The notes beneath the pieces are model-generated. The model did not search any database. It was not told the DNA's origin and saw only the letters and a list, made by a program, of their open reading frames with translations. From the NCBI GenBank assembly GCA_030704615.1, contig CM060732.1, positions 1,674,001-1,738,000 on the forward strand: 64,000 bases of DNA. Direction: 5' to 3'. Source of the stretch: Takakia lepidozioides. Lineage: Eukaryota > Plantae > Bryophyta. Position numbers and translations under genes: made by a program. Each line of letters starts with the position of its first letter. Positions within the stretch are counted from its first letter, which is position 1. Positions 11,850 to 24,791 of the stretch are shown in pieces.

Positions 11850-13230
11850 GTGCCAGCTACCTTGTCATCCAAAGTGACATCCACTTCCAGGGCTGCCTTA
11901 ACATACATATCCACCAAGGCAATGTTTAGTGCGACAACTCCAGCTTTGACGATGTCATCATGGACCTTTGTGCCCTTTTGAGGGCTGCCAGGCTCACATT
12001 TGACGTAGATGTACACCAGGGGAATGTTCAGGATGACATCTGGTACAATTTCAGCTTGGATAATGTCACCATAAACCTCTTTGCCCCTTCCCAGGGCTGC
12101 TAGGCTCGCATATGCATATTACAAAAACAAATGAACATGACGGCCTGGTCTGGCTTCAACCCTTCCCACATCATTTGCTCTTATGTTTCCAAAGCCTTAA
12201 TCCCATACCCATGCTGCACATACCTTGCAATCATGGCACTCCAAAATACCACATCTCGTTCAGCCATATTGTCAAACTCTCCCTTCACATCAGGCTTGCT
12301 GCACCCACATTTGGCATACATGTCCACCAAGGCAGAGTTCAGAATGACAATTTCCCCTTTAACGATTGGCATAAGCAAGGGGAAGGAGACAGCAGAGCTG
12401 CTGCTCTCTCCCAGCGCCAAAAAAACCAAAAGAAAAAAAAATGGAGGGGCTGAGAGAGCCGCCATGGCTGTGAAGTACCAGTATGCTGCAACGTGATGTG
12501 GCTGGGCTTCACCCCTTCCCCCATCAATATTTGATCATAGGTCTCCAAAGCCTCCATTCCATGTCCCTGCTGTGACACCACATCTCATGACACCACATCT
12601 CGTTCAGCCATAGTGTTGAAAACTCCCTTCGCATCCTTAATGCACCCACATTTGGCATATATGTCCACCAGGGCAGTGTTCAGAATGACATCTCGTACAA
12701 ATCCAGCTTTGACGATGTCACCATGGACCTCTTTCCCCTTCTCCAGAGCTCCCAGCCTTGCACACGCATGGCAAACACAAACAAATGTGATGTGGTTGGG
12801 TTTCACCCTTCGCGCAGCTAGGCTCATAGGTTTCCAAAGCACTCCTACCACACCCATCCTTGGTAAATCCTGCCAACATTATATTCCACGTGATCAAGAT
12901 CGTTGAGGCACTCTGTGGAAAACCTGGTGAGCATCCATGATGCTCCCACATTGGCGTTAATCCACTTTGGATAATGTGAGTGTGCACCTGTTTCCAGCTT
13001 CCAGACCTTTCATCTTGATGCACTTAAGCAAGAGACAGACAGACGTATCTGAATCTGCTGAAATGCCTTGTTGGTTTAAAGTTGTAGAGCCTCTGTCAGT
13101 CTGCCTGCCTCACAAAGCATCTTCATATGCCCAACAAAAGAGGCATTGTGGCCTCCCTCTCTTGATCCTCTTTCAGAAGCTGTGGTCATGGTTGAGGTGC
13201 CTGATTTTATCAACTGTGCCGCTGCAGCTG
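11850..13230 (-). pseudogene. PLS-class pentatricopeptide repeat (PPR) gene fragments
   Basis: ALVDMYAKCG, ERDVVSW, GVKPNHITFVCVCHACARLGALEKGKEVH and N-terminal MLCEAGRLTEALQ; many frameshifts. Confidence 0.85.
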
Positions 13231-14741
13231 CTACCTTTACTTGACCATCTACCCATGCAGCAGGTTTCTTGTAGCTATTGATCCACATGGAATCAGAGGT
13301 AATCTGGAGCTTGAAATCCAGCCCTCTTGGATGAATCTGGACCCACACTCTATCCCTGCCCCTTCAGCTATCCATACCTCTGCACAAATCATGCATACAT
13401 CCTTGCCTTGCTGCTAGTAGCTGACAATGACAGCCTAGAATTGTTCCAGCAAACACCCCAACCCTACTTATCACACTAGTTCAAAGTCACTCCAAACCAC
13501 CACAGATCCACCCAATGAGCTAACTTACATAATTCAATATGCATCTCAGGGCCAAATCTGATGAGGGGGCAAAACAGGCTGCAACAGGTCAAAGAAGAAG
13601 GTGCCCTCACCACATTGTCCTTGACCCATGGAGGATTTGACCGAGCATCAACCCAAAATGACCTCTTCATGTGTGTGATGTTTTGTATCTGTAGTCAGGT
13701 AATGTTGGATTGGTCTGTGAGAACCACCACGGTGCAGCTGAGCAGGCAGAGATTGAAACACGGCCTACTAAGACCAAGCTGACTTTCCCAAGAACCTTGT
13801 AAACATCAGGAAGAACACCAAATCATGGTACTAGTCTTGGTCTGCACAATCTGAGACTTGAGATCCTCCACAAAGGCCAGCATGTTTTTAGTTGAGGATC
13901 CACCCTCTGCCATATCCTCATGAGCACAATATTTGAGCTTCCCTACACTGGTTCGAATTGCCATGCCCTCCTCCCCTGTCATTAGCTCCCTGATGTGTGC
14001 ATGATTTGTGCAGAGGCAGAGATAGCTGAAGGAGCAGGGATAGAGAGTAGGTCTAGATTCATCCAAAAGGGCCAGATTTCAAGCACAAAATTACTTATGA
14101 TTTCCTGTAGATCAATAGCTACAAGAAACCTGCATGGGTAGATGGTCAACTGTCATGCCGCAGCAGCAGCGGCACAACTGATAAAATCAGGCACTGGTAA
14201 TCGAGGCACCTTTTTCACATTCACCCTGTTTTTCCCTCTTATCAGAATCGGCCCTGAATTTCCATGTTGAATTCTGCAAGTTAGCTAGTTGAGTGAATGT
14301 AGTTTGGAGTGACTTTGACATGATACTGCCACTGTGACAACAGGAAAGTATCAAAAAATACGTAACAGAGATGAGGAGAAGCTGTGGAATGAATACTTTT
14401 CTGACTCCAGTCAATGGTGGGACACCAGGCAAAAGGTGAATGCTTGTTAGATTACAGGAGAGTAGCAGACGCAATTCAGTATAGGAACTAGTGTAATAAG
14501 CTGAGTTGGGTGTTTCCTAGAACAAATCTAGGCTGTCATTATCAGCTGCAAGGCAAGGATGTATGCATCATTTGTGCAGAGGCATGGATAGTTGAAGGAG
14601 CGGGGATAGAGTGTGGGTCCAGATTCATCCAAGAGGGCTGGACTTCAAGCTCCAGATTACCTTGATTTCAGGTGGATCAGTAGCTACAAGAAACCTGCAT
14701 GTGTAGATGGTCAACTAAAGGCAGCAGCTGTAGTGGCATAG

Positions 14742-15330
14742 TTGATAAAATCAGGCACCTCAATCATGACCACAGCTGTTGAAATTAGAGGATCAAGAGA
14801 GGGAGTCCACAATGCCTCTTCTGGCACTTCTGGGCATGTGAAGATACTTTGTGCCGCAGGCAGATTGACAGAGGCTCTACAGACTCTAAACCAAGGAGAT
14901 TTCAGCAGATTCAGATATGACTGTCTGTTGCTTAAGTGCATCAAGATGGATGGTCTGGAAGCTGGAAAGCAGGTGCACACTCACATTATCCAAAGTGGAT
15001 TCACACCAAATGTTTTTCTACTCAACACCCTTGTCAACATGTATGTTAAGTGCGGGAGCATCATGGATGCTCATCAAGTGTTCAACAGAATGCCTCAATG
15101 ATCTTTGATCACGTGGAATATTATGTTGGCAGGATTTACCAAGCGTAGGTGTGGTAGGAATGCTTAGGAGACCTATGAGCAAATGTTGCGTGAAGGGGTG
15201 AAGCCCAACCATATCGCGTTTGTTTGTGTTTGCAATGCGTGTGCAAGCCTGGGAGCTCTAGAAAAGAGGGAAGAGGTCCATAGTGACATTGTCAAAGTTG
15301 GATTTGTACCAAATGTCAACCTAGAAACAG
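14742..15330 (+). pseudogene. PLS-class PPR gene fragment, an inverted copy of about 12700-13230
   Basis: LCAAGRLTEALQTL...NTLVNMYVKCGSIMDAHQVF, GVKPNHIAFVCVCNACASLGALEK. Confidence 0.85.
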
Positions 15331-15689
15331 AAGCGGCAGCAGCCCAATTGATAGAACAATTCGTTGCTAATGAAGGTATCTTCTTCAATACATTTCACCC
15401 TGTTTTGCCATGTTATCAGAGTCGTCCCTAATTTAGAATTCTGCAAGTTAGCTCGTTCATGATGTGAGCTGGCATGAGTTTTATAAAGATCCTTCACGAT
15501 GGTGGGACAACCGCAATCACAAGGTGTGGCTTTTCTTAATGTACGATGTGAAGAAGTTTGTCCATCCTGCAAAGGTGGGCTCTTTGCAGGAAGAATGATT
15601 GATTGTTGACACTGTCTCTCGCATGCCCTAAGATCTGAAAATCAAGTTGAAAAAGTAAACCACGTGACTCTGTTCAACCCATCTGCTGA

Positions 15690-16310
15690 AGGCCTTAAGA
15701 GACATTTAGGGCCAATTCTGATAAGAGGAAAAAACAGGGTGAAATGTGTTGAAGAAGGTGCCTTGAGTAGCAGTGCCTGAATTTTATCAATTGTGCCGCC
15801 GCTGCTGCTGTTGCGGCTTCCAGTTGTCCATCTACGCATGCAGGTTTCTTGTAGCTATCATTCCACAGGGATTCATAGGTAATCTGGAGCTTGAAATCCG
15901 GCCCTCTTGAATGAATATGGACCCACACTCTATCCCTGCTCCTTCGGCTATCCATACCTCTGCACAAATCATGCATAGTACCTCCTTGCCTTGCTGCTAG
16001 CAGCTGACAATGACAGCCTAGATTTGTTCCAAAAAACACCCTAACCCTACTTCTCACACTAGTTCCTATGCTGACTTGCACTTCCAACAGGCATTCACCT
16101 TTTTGCACCAACGTCGAGCTAACTTGCAGAATTCAACCTGAAAATTTAGGGATGACTCTGAATCCTGATAACAGGGAAAACAGGCTGAAATGTGTTGAAG
16201 AAGGTGCTCATATATCTGCAAAGCCTCCATCCTGCGCCCTTGCTGTGCATATCCTGCAATCATCGTACCCCATGACACCACATCTCGTTCAGTCATACTG
16301 TTGAACACTC
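15690..16310 (-). pseudogene. PPR 5'-flank module copy plus a short PPR fragment (ERDVVSWGTMIAGYAQQG)
   Basis: Reverse-complement similarity to 14200-14770 and direct similarity to 13200-13560. Confidence 0.65.
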
Positions 16311-16682
16311 CCTGCTGTCTCCGCTCTAAAGCTCCCATATAGCACACGTCGTGACAATGGCCGATACAACAAGAGCAAACATACAGGTCGATCCCACAAT
16401 CAGTACACTCGCTGCGCGACACTTCTCTCTCTCTATTCTCTCCTCCCCCCCCACCCGCTCTCTCATGTGCACACAGCAAGATACTAGTCTTTTAGAAACC
16501 GCTTATCCTGGTTCACGAACCTTAAGAAAACACAGATGGTGGCACAAAGACAAACAAACGCGAAGTCCCTAAGCCTGCGGAGCTCTCGAACCACGCCGAC
16601 CCAAAAGAAAACACTCAGTCCCAGCCAGGCTGCACACTGTGACCTAGCAACCCTAAACTCGAGCCAAGTGCATTATCATCCG

Positions 16683-16924
16683 TTCATACGTTCATACAAT
16701 TGTTGCCAGCAAGGCGTTTTCTTTATCATACGTTCATCCAGTGCACAAAAATTATATTTCATACGTTTATCCAATAGCTGCCAGCAAGGCATTTGTTTAT
16801 CACTCGTTGAGGTAATTCAGTTGTTTTGTTTCACTAACCTTTCATACGTTCATCCAATAGCTGCCAGCAAGGCGTTTGTTTATCATTCATTCATATAATT
16901 CAGTTGTTTTGTTTCACTAACCTT
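16683..16924. repeat. Tandem repeat of about 75-84 bp, 3 units (TTCATACGTTCATCCAATAGCTGCCAGCAAGGC core)
   Basis: Core visible at about 16683, 16758 and 16842. Confidence 0.8.
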
Positions 16925-17198
16925 AACCAGCACCCGATTAGTTTACTATTAATGTGCTGGGTCAGTGAAAAAATAGGTATTTTTTTAACTTCTTATTATC
17001 CACATATATATTGTTATATTATTTATATATTGTGATTACACTTGCCATTGCTTAACTGGTTGTCTCAGTCAGCTCATTTTAGGTTCACTACAGTCAAAAT
17101 TTTCGCGGTTGTCTAGCACCTCGAACATTTTAATATAAATTTTGACTGCAAAATGGCTGGAACAGTCGAAAGTGACAACAGTCAATGCCAGCGTCAAA

Positions 17199-18634
17199 CT
17201 AAATCGTCGAAATTACATAGGGTGTGTTGTAGTGTGTTGACGGGTTTTTTAAGCCAACACCTGACCACCAATCCATATGCATCTCTTGCTTGCACTCTCT
17301 CTTCAAACAAGTTGTGGAAGTGGAAAAGTGTGCATATGCACACCACGAATGGTATGTGTGGGTGCACGAAGCCAAAATGCAATCCCAAACTGGTTTGAAG
17401 CCTCTACCACAAAAAGCACATGGCAAAACTGTCAAATATTCCACAGTGTCAAATCCGGGAGAATGAACAAAAAGGTTTGACAGTGGAGTGGGTTTGAAGG
17501 TGGATGGCCATGTTGCATAGCTTGAAGTTGCTTTGTGATGGCTGTCTTCTGCCTCAGACAGTTTTCGTAGCGATCAGTGGCTACCGACCAAGCCACTTCA
17601 TCACGTTTGGCCCTCTCCGCAATCACAGCTTTCTCTGATGCCCTTTCCCCCACGAGATCCCTACAATACCAACATGAGAATCCAGCTTACGCTGCAAGGT
17701 TTCCAACAAATCATGACAAGAAATCACTTCTTGCGCAGCCTGCTCTGTATCGTCAGATAGCAAAGTACTTAACCTGTTGGTTTCGGTCTCATGTTGCTTC
17801 CGCAGTTGATCGAGCTTCAACATTGCACTAGACAACAAATCATTCCGATCCTGCATCTGAGAGTCTATTCTTAAGACATCTTGTTTCGAGTTCTCATGTA
17901 CGAGCCTCAATCTCTCAAGGGAACCCTCGGCCAACAAACCCTCTGTTTCTAAAGAGCTCAAAAGGTCACGCCACTGGTCAACACACTGTCCATGGCCTCT
18001 TCCAGTGCCTCGTGCAAACTCGGTCGCCATTGTTCGAGCACTGTTCTCTAATTCCGTCTGTTGTTTTTCGCTTTCAGGTTCCACTTCCTCGTCAGATTCA
18101 ACCACCACAATGTCACTCGTTTTCTTGTTGTCTCCAGCTACAACAATGTCTTGAGCGCTTTGGAGTCGCCGAATCGCTTCCCTGTTAGTAAACTCTGCAA
18201 AGACGGCCCAGTTTATCTTCCTTCCTTTTCTCTCACAAACTATCCCTCTAGCAATGGCCTTTATGACAAGATGATTCGCAGGGACAACATGCCTTTGATG
18301 TGCTATCATCCAAAGCTTTTCCACCCTACTTATAAGCAGGACTATGGAGATAACTGTAACCATTTTTGTTGAGTAGTGGCCCAAACAGCTTGCTCACTTC
18401 CTCTTCAGTACAATCCTTGTCAATCTTCAAAGCCCTAGGAGGGATCCCCTCCTTGCAAAGATCATACTTCTTTGCAAACACATCACGAGTCACAAGCATT
18501 TTGCCATCGAAAACAATGTCGGGCGGCTCTGCGTGGACAGGGGGGCCATATATCGACTGACTTCTAAGAGCACCCTCTACCTTCACCCTCTTTGGCCTAA
18601 ATGATTTGTCACCAGAAAGACCACTCGTTGACAT
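17199..18634 (-). pseudogene. Frameshifted gene: transposon-protein-like N-terminal domain, coiled coil and C-terminal RING finger
   Basis: ORFs 18326-18874, 17623-18384, 17432-17653 and 17199-17444 join by frameshifts; CAFC...CTHTYHSWC...CLKREC has RING-H2 spacing. Confidence 0.65.
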
Positions 18635-19219
18635 GTTGATATCCCTGAGCTCGCAAGCTACAAAAAGTACAGCAAACCACGTGCATGAAAAATATGTTAG
18701 TACTGTAGTACAGATGCTACGAGTTTGCCGCGCACACTCTGTCGACTCGACTGTCATAGTTCGTACATACTGGCAAGGCGGCAGGAAACGAAGGAAGTCA
18801 CGAGTGCAAGGTACGAGGAGGATTTGAACGCAAAAGAGAGACGGATGGTCGTGATGCCGGTTTCGATCACACACGTAGCTCGACTATTGGTGGGAACCGG
18901 AAATCGGCGGTTTGCAGGCGGTGGAACGCGGGACCGCCCACGACACATTTTGAAATTTTTAACTTAATTTGAGCCAATGGCGACTCAGCAAATATTTGCG
19001 GGCCCCACTTTCTAGAATTTGGATGGACTTACATGGAGCAAACAAGTGCCGCTTTTGATCCACCCAACCTTGCAAATACCCTAAGGTCATTGTCATTGAA
19101 AGACAAAGCAGCCCTTTAGAGGGCACCATCTAACATCCACTTCCATGTTTACCATCTCATGTGAATATCCCATTACATTTCAGGGTATCTGAAAAAACAG
19201 GGTGGGAGGGTGGGATTCT

Positions 19220-20250
19220 TGGTCAATCATATTATGAAAGCACCATAGTTTGACATACAACGATCACCACCATACTTGCCATTGCAGGTCTGGAGATAAA
19301 TCTCGAGAGCCAAGCACATAGTTGCAATTGAAACAGCAAGCCATACATGTCTTAAGCATTTGCTTTTTGACATAATGCCTCCTAATTTTTTGTTGACATG
19401 GGTCAAGCCTTACATAATCCAGTTCTTGAACCATTCATCTTCCTAAAAGGCATCCTGTGTTGGCTTGAAAGTGATCTATCAGTGCCAAGACACATGCAAG
19501 ATTCATAAAGTAGAAAAAAAGCTGAGTTTTTTCAGGCATATAGAGGCCTGGATTGGTATTCCAGGGCCTCATAAACAGCTCTGCCAGGGTAAAAAATAAA
19601 TAACTCAGAATTCCAGGTCAATCATATCATGAAAGCACCATGGTTTGATAAAAAATTCCCCCCTATACTTGCAGATTGTACCTTCATTTCAGAAACCAGA
19701 TTGCAGGTCTAGAGATAATCTCCAGAACCAAGCACTTCAAGCAACAAGTGTCTTTCTTGCTTAGTTTTATCTAAGTAAGAATATCTCTACACCTAGGAAG
19801 GTGTATCATGACCAGGTTTAGGCCATGAAAAAATATTTAAAACTGCCATGCTAGGCTACTTGCTGGACCATAAAGGTTACTATTTTTGAAACCAGTTTTT
19901 GAGTAAGTCACCTCCCTAAAAAAACAGCCAGCCTGAAGGTATCATAGCATTGCAAACATATGAGCAAGCATTACATGCAATGACATGGCTTATTTGAGTC
20001 TCTGTAAGGAGCTGCAGGTCTGGAACGGAATTCCAGGACTTCATCAAAACTCTGCCAGGGTAGAAGGTAAGAAGCACACATCACCTTACCAGCAAGCAGG
20101 TCAAATTATGATGGGGCCAGGCCTGAAGGTGCTTCAGTGCCAAGTCATAAGCAAGACCTCTAAAAACACAAAACACAGGGCTGAGTACCCTCAAGCATAT
20201 ATGAGCCTGGAGTGGTATTCCAGGGCCTCATAAAAAGCTCTGCCGGTTGA
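19220..20250. repeat. Degenerate dispersed/tandem repeats (GGTATTCCAGGGCCTCATAAA...GCTCTGCC x3; GGTCAATCATATCATGAAAGCACCAT x2)
   Basis: Copies near 19555, 20025, 20213 and at 19221, 19616. Confidence 0.6.
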
Positions 20251-20578
20251 AGAAAGGAACTCATAAACTCCTGTCCCCTATCATGCAATAAAATCACATT
20301 GATATGAGAGCCTTGAAGAATGTTTGTTATCAGACAAGGTCTATCATTCTGATCAAAGCCAGGCCATGATGTTTCATTTCAGAGCCTAGTTTCCATGCAG
20401 CCAGAGTTATAGTTGCAACCGGCCTATACCTTTGTTGAAAACAGCCAGAGCCTTCAGTAAAGATTTTGTTTTCTATGAAGTCCCTTGTGTGTCTTAACTC
20501 CAAAACATGTAGAAGTGATCATCAAGAACAAAAAACAAAGGTAAGGAGTAAGAAGGCGATCCTCATTAGAGCATACTT

Positions 20579-21520
20579 TGTCGAGCGGCTTTTACTCACC
20601 CATCCCTTCGCTATCCGAGATGGATACTCCAAGATAGAAGAGTTGGATATCTCTAAACACTCAGCCCGCTCAGAACAATCAGTCATGACCTACAGCTAGT
20701 GTATCATGGGGGTACTTCCTATTTGTATTCCTTATCATCTTCATATTAGCAAGTTACCTTACTGTCTATGTTTATATATCAGATTACTTTAGCAATCCAC
20801 CAGGTTCCAATCACTCATCCATTCATTCCACAGCTTCACTCAGGTCTCTCTACACAGTGTGAGTATGGAATATGTATCAGATTAATATCTATCAAGTATC
20901 AGGCCGAAGCCATGGTGTCTCTAGTCTGCTCTACAGTACAACTCTACAGCTTGAATGAATCAAGCATCAACGGTTCGTTTATCCTCCTCCACTGCACTCT
21001 CCATCCCTCAACTCCAGATCGTCCTTCCCTTCCCCGATGACCAAGTCGTGATCCCCAAGAAGTCTCCCTCCCTGTTGCTACTCTGCCTATTCTACCTGCA
21101 AACTGTTCTAACTGCCTAACTAAGTAACTGTCATCGAAACAGAATGCACGTTCCCTCTACAAATGTCGTTCCCACACAGTCGTTCACTGCCGCTAATAAC
21201 CGTTCCTTGTGAATGTTGTGATGGGCTGTGCCAAACTGTGTCGGGCTGTGACTGTGCCAAGCTGTGACTGGCTGTGTGGGGCTGTGATAGGCTGTGTAAG
21301 GCTGTGACAAGCTGTAACTGGCTGTGTCGGACTGTGTCGGGCTGTGACTAGCTGTGTCCAACTATGTCTAACTGTGTAAGGCTGTGATTGACTGTGTAAG
21401 CTTGTCTACCACCCCTAAGGCATGTGCTGGTCTAAGTCTACCATCCATAAGTCTGCGCAAAAATTAAGGGTACCCCACAGAACCCGTAAAATTGTCTAAG
21501 TCCCAGATAGCCCTCTAACA
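20579..21520 (-). repeat. 3' LTR of a gypsy element of the same family (copy 3)
   Basis: TGTTAGAGGG...CGACA on the minus strand; homologous to the other two LTRs; preceded by a PPT, no TSD pair. Confidence 0.9.
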
Positions 21521-21537
21521 TTATCCCTCCCCCTCTC
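21521..21537 (-). promoter_or_regulatory. Polypurine tract
   Basis: GAGAGGGGGAGGGATAA immediately upstream of the LTR TG on the minus strand. Confidence 0.85.
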
Positions 21538-21558
21538 AAAAAGCCGTGTCCTCACGGT

Positions 21559-23553
21559 TTACTGTTTAGGATCAGCAAACCTTTGTGAACGAGGACCCTT
21601 CTGTCGGTGAGAGTCCCGTGGAGGACTCTGTGTGCGAGCCCGAGCCCTGTCGCTGGCTGGTGGAGTTGACTGTCCACCAAATACAAATGACTGCCCTTCA
21701 TTTGGCTGATAAGGAGATAACTTCTCAGGCATAGGAGATCCCCGTCGTTTCTTCTCCGCCATTTGTATTGCATAGTCCTCAACCATGTCAAAAGGTTCCT
21801 CCATAGAACCAGTAGTATCAGAATCATCTTCCCCACGGTTGCCTTTCGATGCTCTGACCTTCTGTGGCGTCTCAAGAATCCTGCTTGGCATACAGTGTTT
21901 GCCCACCATGTTTGGAAGGTTAAACTTTAAAACTTGCATCAATCTCTTGCGAGCAAAATTAGTGTACTCCCGCAGCTTCTTGTCTGTATAGGTGAGGGGT
22001 GTGCCAATGACATTAGAACAGTGTAACCATTTCCTGGCTTTATGTCCCTTAGAAAAAATGTGGTCAAGACCCAAGTTTTTCTTGGCCAAGTTGTCCAAAG
22101 CAAAATTGAACCAAGAACGAAGTTGGGGATCCTTCTGCAGCATGATCTTCACATCATACAGATATGTATGGGATGGAACTGAAGGTAACACCCAATGATC
22201 CTCAGACCTGGAATAAGTCTGAAATTGCATCTGCATCTTTTGCTGCTCAACGTCATAACGTGAAATGAAACAAGCAGCATAGTATAGTCCACAACCCATG
22301 ACCAAACTAGGTACCTCCTTAGTCTTGGTGTAGATGTACCCATGAACAATCTAGAATGCAATTAATTCCTTCAGCATGGTGCCTGCCTCAGACCAGTACC
22401 TCGCAAAATGGTGATCTTCAATGAGTCGGTTAGTCGGAAGAACCGAGTTGCCACTGACAACCAAATGCACATGATCTGGTAATAATGTGCCAAAGACTCT
22501 AGAGGACTGAATTCTTTCCAAGCCAAATCCATAACAATGGGAATTTGGTTGAAGGGCATAATCATAGCCCGATTGTACTCAAGTGCAGCATGAGTCTTAG
22601 GTGGGTTAAAAGAAGCATCCCCCCAAACCTCATATTGTTGCAGTGCCATGGTATCAACAGTGTGGACCTGCTGTGGTTGCTGTGATATTGGCACCAGTGT
22701 CCTTCCTGTTGTTGACAAGTCATGCACCTCCTGTGATGAAGATTGAAAAATCAGAGTCCTGGCGTGCAGATAAGTAGCCATGAGTTGTTCCTCAGGAACA
22801 AAGGCCCTTTTGTCAATGTTGGAGCTCAAGTCATCCACTTGAGTCTGCAGCCCTTCCACATCCTCCTGCAACTCAGCTATCCGACTATAGACATTGTCGT
22901 TGTGGCAATGTTCTATACTCGCAGCCTGAGATCATTCATCTCTTCTTGGGTGAGCTTCCTTGGTGCCTTCCCTTCCACTGGTCCTTGTGTTAACCACTCT
23001 TGCAACAAATGATTATCCACGACGTCCTGTGTAGCACCACGGAGATCATGCTCCTCCTTGAGTCTGTACGTGTCCATTTGCTATTGTAAAGCCTCCATGC
23101 GCTTCGCATGAGATTCAACCAGAGCTGCATAGGCAGCAGACAGATTATTGGCTTCCTTCCAGGCCTTGTTAGTCACAGAAAGCTCATTCCTTCGTGCTGT
23201 GAGTGTTTGCTGCAACTCAAGGATGTACCTGTCCTTTTGAACTTCAACCTGACTGTACTGTTGGAAGGTATCCTCATTGCGTCGGATAGTAGCCTTCAAG
23301 TCAGCAATGAGTTTCGCCTGCTCCACTGACTCAGCCTCCACCATTAAACATCTCTCAGCTTGATTCTTAACTTCTAATGCAGTCAACTCTAGAGTAGTTG
23401 TTAGTGTGGCACATTGGATGGTCATTTTCTGATGAACTGCCTCCAACTCTGTATGAAGCAATTTCACTTCCTGCAATTTGCCCTCGTGCTTTACATGCAA
23501 CTGGTATAGCTGTTGCTTGTGTATTTCATGCAACTTCTCCTGCTCCAGCCAAT
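21559..23553 (-). pseudogene. C-terminal part of the gypsy 3' accessory ORF (long coiled coil plus unknown domain)
   Basis: ORFs 23081-23581, 22371-22871 and 21559-22305 on the element's sense strand end just before the PPT; heptad-like E/Q/K/L-rich segment. Confidence 0.6.
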
Positions 23554-23930
23554 GTGACAACAGGAAAGTATCAAAAAACAAGTAACAGAGATGAGGAAAA
23601 GTTGTGGAATGAATACTGTTCTGCCCCAGTCAATGATGGGACAACCAAGGCAAAAAGGTGAATGCCTGTTACATTTCATAGACTAGCAGATGCATTCAGC
23701 ATAGGAACTAGTGTGAGAAGCTGAATTGGATGTTTCCTAGAATAAATCGTCATTGTCAGCTACTAGCAGCAAGGCAAGGATGAATGCATGATTTGTGCAG
23801 AGGCATGTGTAGCTGAAGGAGCAAAGAGAGTGTGGGTCCAGATTCATCCAAGAGGCCAGATTTCAAGCACAAGATTACCTATGATTCCCTGTGGATAATA
23901 GCTACAAGAAACCTGCATGGGTAGATGGTC
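23554..23930 (+). repeat. Copy of the PPR 5'-flank module truncating the gypsy 3' fragment
   Basis: GTGACAACAGGAAAGTATCAAAAAA...GCTACAAGAAACCTGCATGGGTAGATGG matches 14334-14715. Confidence 0.8.
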
Positions 23931-24791
23931 TATTCCATGGGACTCAATCTGTCACTGAGTCTTGCATTATGAGGATCACAATTGCTTGGCAGCTTACTTG
24001 CACGAGGCCTTGACCCTAAGGCAATCCCCAGAGCAGTAGTAGCTTTGGGCTGCTTTTTTACTTTGGTTTTATCATTTTGTATCATAAGCTCTTTGAGCTA
24101 TCCGCAGATGTAATAAAATACCATTTGTTTCATTTCATTTCATTTTCGTTTCGTTTTGTTTCATGGCATGTCTTTTATTGTTTTCGCATTTCTAATGACA
24201 TGAGTAGTTCTCTTGTATGGCATTACATGCGTATGTACTAGTCGGCTCATTACAAACACCAAAACTTCAAAGCATGAACCACTATGAGTGATTGTTCAAG
24301 TAATTTCGAGCACTTCATTTAAAGTAGTAAAGCAGTGGTTGCGCCGACTTCCGCAGTCGCAGTTGCCACTGGGCATGTAGCACTGCAAGTTATGTGGTCA
24401 ACTACCACATCCCGGGCCCGTGGCCACGTGGCAACAGTGCTGCTCGTCGTGGCACCGCCACGTCGACATCCACATCATCGTCCACGTCCGCGTCCATGTG
24501 TCACCGCGCTCCGGTGAATCGGTCCACTCATCCGGAGGGAAAAGTCAAAGTCAGCCCAAAAGGTCAGACACACGGGCGGCCCGCCTGGTTATGCCACGTG
24601 GTTCTTCAGCATTAATCGCAATAATCACTGAGCAGTTGTTTGCGCGTCTGCGTCCTTTACCACTCCAATCATTGGATGTCCGACCCAACTTCCACGTCTG
24701 TTGTAACTTCCAGTCGATCCTGGTTTTTTGACTTTTACGACTCAAAATGAGTCGTTACCCCAGTGGTAAATGACACGAATGCTTCTAATGT

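Noticed and set aside
20579-21520. Solo LTR, or the partner LTR of copy 1
   Set aside because: No TSD (TACTT vs TTATC); it has a PPT and internal sequence and lies upstream of copy 1's 5' LTR, so it is the 3' LTR of a separate copy
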